Under the pieces are notes generated by a model. The model was not told where the DNA came from. It saw only the letters and a list, made by a program, of their open reading frames with translations, and searched no databases. From positions 94,391 through 158,390 of the forward strand of contig CAVRMK010000001.1 of assembly GCA_963722545.1 (NCBI GenBank): a stretch of 64,000 nt of DNA, in the 5' to 3' direction. Source of the stretch: an uncultured Alphaproteobacteria bacterium (GTDB taxonomy: Bacteria; Pseudomonadota; Alphaproteobacteria; Sphingomonadales; Sphingomonadaceae). The translations under genes were made by a program, and so were the position numbers. Shown one piece after another: positions 62,179-64,000 of this stretch; positions within the stretch are counted from its first letter, which is position 1; every line of letters starts with the position of its first letter.

Positions 62179-63006
62179 ATGAGTGGCGACAGCAGGCTCA
62201 ACAAGCCCGAATATGAAAAGCTCCTGAAGCCGCTGGCCAAGGAACTGAGCGCGCTGGCGCGCTGGGTGCAGGAAAAGCAGCAGCGCATCGTCATCATCTT
62301 CGAGGGTCGCGACACCGCCGGCAAGGGCGGGTCGATCGACATGATCGCGCGCGCCATCAACCCGCGCCAGTGCCGGGTGGTGGCGCTTCCGACGCCGAGC
62401 GAGCGCGAGAGGAGCCAATGGTATTTCCAGCGCTATATCGAGCATCTTCCGGCGGCCGGGGAGATCGTCCTGTTCGACCGCAGCTGGTACAACCGCGCCG
62501 GGGTCGAGAAGGTCATGGGCTATGCCAGCACGAAGGAAATCGAATCCTTCCTCCGCGCAGTCCCGGAGTTCGAGCGCGACCTCGTCGAGGACGGAATCCT
62601 GTTGTTCAAATATTGGCTGTGCTGCGACCAGGAGACGCAGGAGCTGCGCTTCTCCAACCGGCTCAACAATCCGATGAAACGGTGGAAGCTGTCGCCGATC
62701 GATTTCAAGGCTCGGCTTCACTACGACGATTATACGCGCGCTCGCGACGAGATGCTGAAGGTCACGCACACCGACTTCGCGCCGTGGACCCTGGTCGAGT
62801 TCGACGACCAGCAGGTCGGGCGGCTCACCCTGCTCCGCGACTTCCTCGACCGCGTGCCCGACATCAAGCTTCCGCTGCCCGAGGTCGACTGGCCGCCCTT
62901 GCCGAATGAGCCGTCGAAGGAAAGCTACAGCGTGCTGCAGCCGATCGACCCGTATCAGTTGCCCGAGGACATCGCCAAACGCGACATGATCTATAGCTGG
63001 GATTGA
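62179..63006 (+). CDS. ppk2: Polyphosphate kinase 2
   Basis: FEGRDTAGKGG, QWYFQRY, FDRSWYNR and WKLSP motifs. Confidence 0.95.
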   Translation: MSGDSRLNKPEYEKLLKPLAKELSALARWVQEKQQRIVIIFEGRDTAGKGGSIDMIARAINPRQCRVVALPTPSERERSQWYFQRYIEHLPAAGEIVLFDRSWYNRAGVEKVMGYASTKEIESFLRAVPEFERDLVEDGILLFKYWLCCDQETQELRFSNRLNNPMKRWKLSPIDFKARLHYDDYTRARDEMLKVTHTDFAPWTLVEFDDQQVGRLTLLRDFLDRVPDIKLPLPEVDWPPLPNEPSKESYSVLQPIDPYQLPEDIAKRDMIYSWD

Positions 63007-63010
63007 GCCT

Positions 63011-63733
63011 ATGGAGCCTGCACCCCAACCGACGACCACCCAACCGGCCCCTCGGCCGAGAGAGCCTGGCGTTCGCGCGCCGGCGCTGATCGGCCAGCTG
63101 CTGGTCTATTATCTGGCGATCGGGGCGATCATCCTGGTCGCGCTCATGATCTGGCCCGAGCTGCGCAACTACCTCCCAGTCGGCGGGGTCGAGCAATTGA
63201 TCAGCCAGCCGCAGAAAAATCCCCTCGAAGCCAATGAGGCGATCCGTTCCGAACATGTCGGAAACCTCGGCCAGAGCCTGTTCTGGCTGGTGGTCGCGAT
63301 CATTGGCGCCTTGCTCTGCTCGCTTCCCGTCAGCCGTGTCTACATGGCGGTTCGAAGCGGCGCCGAATATGACCAGAGCCTGGTCAACACGATCATCATG
63401 CTGCCGATGGTCGTCACCGGAATCGTGATCATCGTCCAGAATTCGCTGGCGCTGGCCTTTGCCCTGGCCGGGATCGCGGGCGCGGTGCGGTTCAGGAACT
63501 CGCTCAAAAGCTCGGGCGACGCCTTGTTCATCCTGTGCTCGGTGGCGATCGGGCTGTCGGCGGGGATCGGCGCGGTCGAGCTCGCGGCGGTGATCAGCGT
63601 CGCCTTCAACTTCACCTTCGCGATCCTGTGGCTCAGCGAATATGGCGAGCGCAAGGGCATGAAGCGCTATCTCGCCGACTATGACGGGCTCGACGAGGCC
63701 GCCCCGCCCGAGCCCGACAAGAAAAAGGATTGA
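63011..63733 (+). CDS. DUF4956-like membrane protein
   Basis: NSLALAFALAGIAGAVRFRN motif; multiple TM helices. Confidence 0.8.
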   Translation: MEPAPQPTTTQPAPRPREPGVRAPALIGQLLVYYLAIGAIILVALMIWPELRNYLPVGGVEQLISQPQKNPLEANEAIRSEHVGNLGQSLFWLVVAIIGALLCSLPVSRVYMAVRSGAEYDQSLVNTIIMLPMVVTGIVIIVQNSLALAFALAGIAGAVRFRNSLKSSGDALFILCSVAIGLSAGIGAVELAAVISVAFNFTFAILWLSEYGERKGMKRYLADYDGLDEAAPPEPDKKKD

Positions 63734-64000
63734 TCAGCCGACGCAGCGACTAAGGATTTGGTCGGCGACCGACTGATCGGTGGCGATCTCGGCGAAGAAC
63801 TGGCCCATGAAATCGGTCGCCGTGGCCAGCGCGCGCGGCTCGAGACCCGGGATCGAGCGCAGGATCGCGTCGAAATCCGCCTGTTTCGAACGGAACAGCC
63901 GAGCCTCCACCGCGACCTGCGGATTGTGCACACAATAGCCGCGGTATTTGCGATCGCGGACCGAGCGAAGATTTAGCTGCTCGGGCGGGGTCGCATATGG
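63734..64000 (-). CDS. 3' part of a hypothetical protein (runs off the window)
   Basis: Reading frame ...VRDRKYRGYCVHNPQV...ILSRCVG-stop; only the C-terminus is visible. Confidence 0.55.
   Translation of the reverse strand, partial: PYATPPEQLNLRSVRDRKYRGYCVHNPQVAVEARLFRSKQADFDAILRSIPGLEPRALATATDFMGQFFAEIATDQSVADQILSRCVG

Overview
High-GC alphaproteobacterial chromosome segment, most likely Sphingomonadaceae (permuted two-piece tmRNA with tag ANDNEALALAA, alpha-type LexA box, EcfG-type promoters). It is mostly core metabolism: a leucine catabolism cluster (thiolase, isovaleryl-CoA dehydrogenase, MCC beta and alpha subunits), nadC, uvrA, mscL, a LemA/TPM operon, an M3 peptidase, sodC, ppk2, thpR, and a Mur-ligase/LD-carboxypeptidase pair. 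Many single genes for exported proteins are interspersed, along with a ~2,140-codon repeat autotransporter and a STAS/amino-acid-ABC/ATP-grasp cluster. No integrase, transposase, CRISPR array, rRNA or tRNA was recognised. Seven separate +1 frameshifts in otherwise intact genes look like long-read insertion errors. Most notable unexplained signals: (1) three unrelated exported proteins end in the same [G/P]ERGR-stop tail; (2) two core genes (ivd, mccB) are each followed by one cargo gene and then a second, diverged copy of their own 3' end; (3) a non-coding region carries 9 exact co-oriented GCGTCA boxes; (4) two copies of a bipartite ~170-180 bp element have conserved ends and unrelated middles; (5) a 29-aa signal-peptide-only ORF lies next to a LytS/LytTR pair. 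All coordinates and counts were read by eye; no database searches were run.
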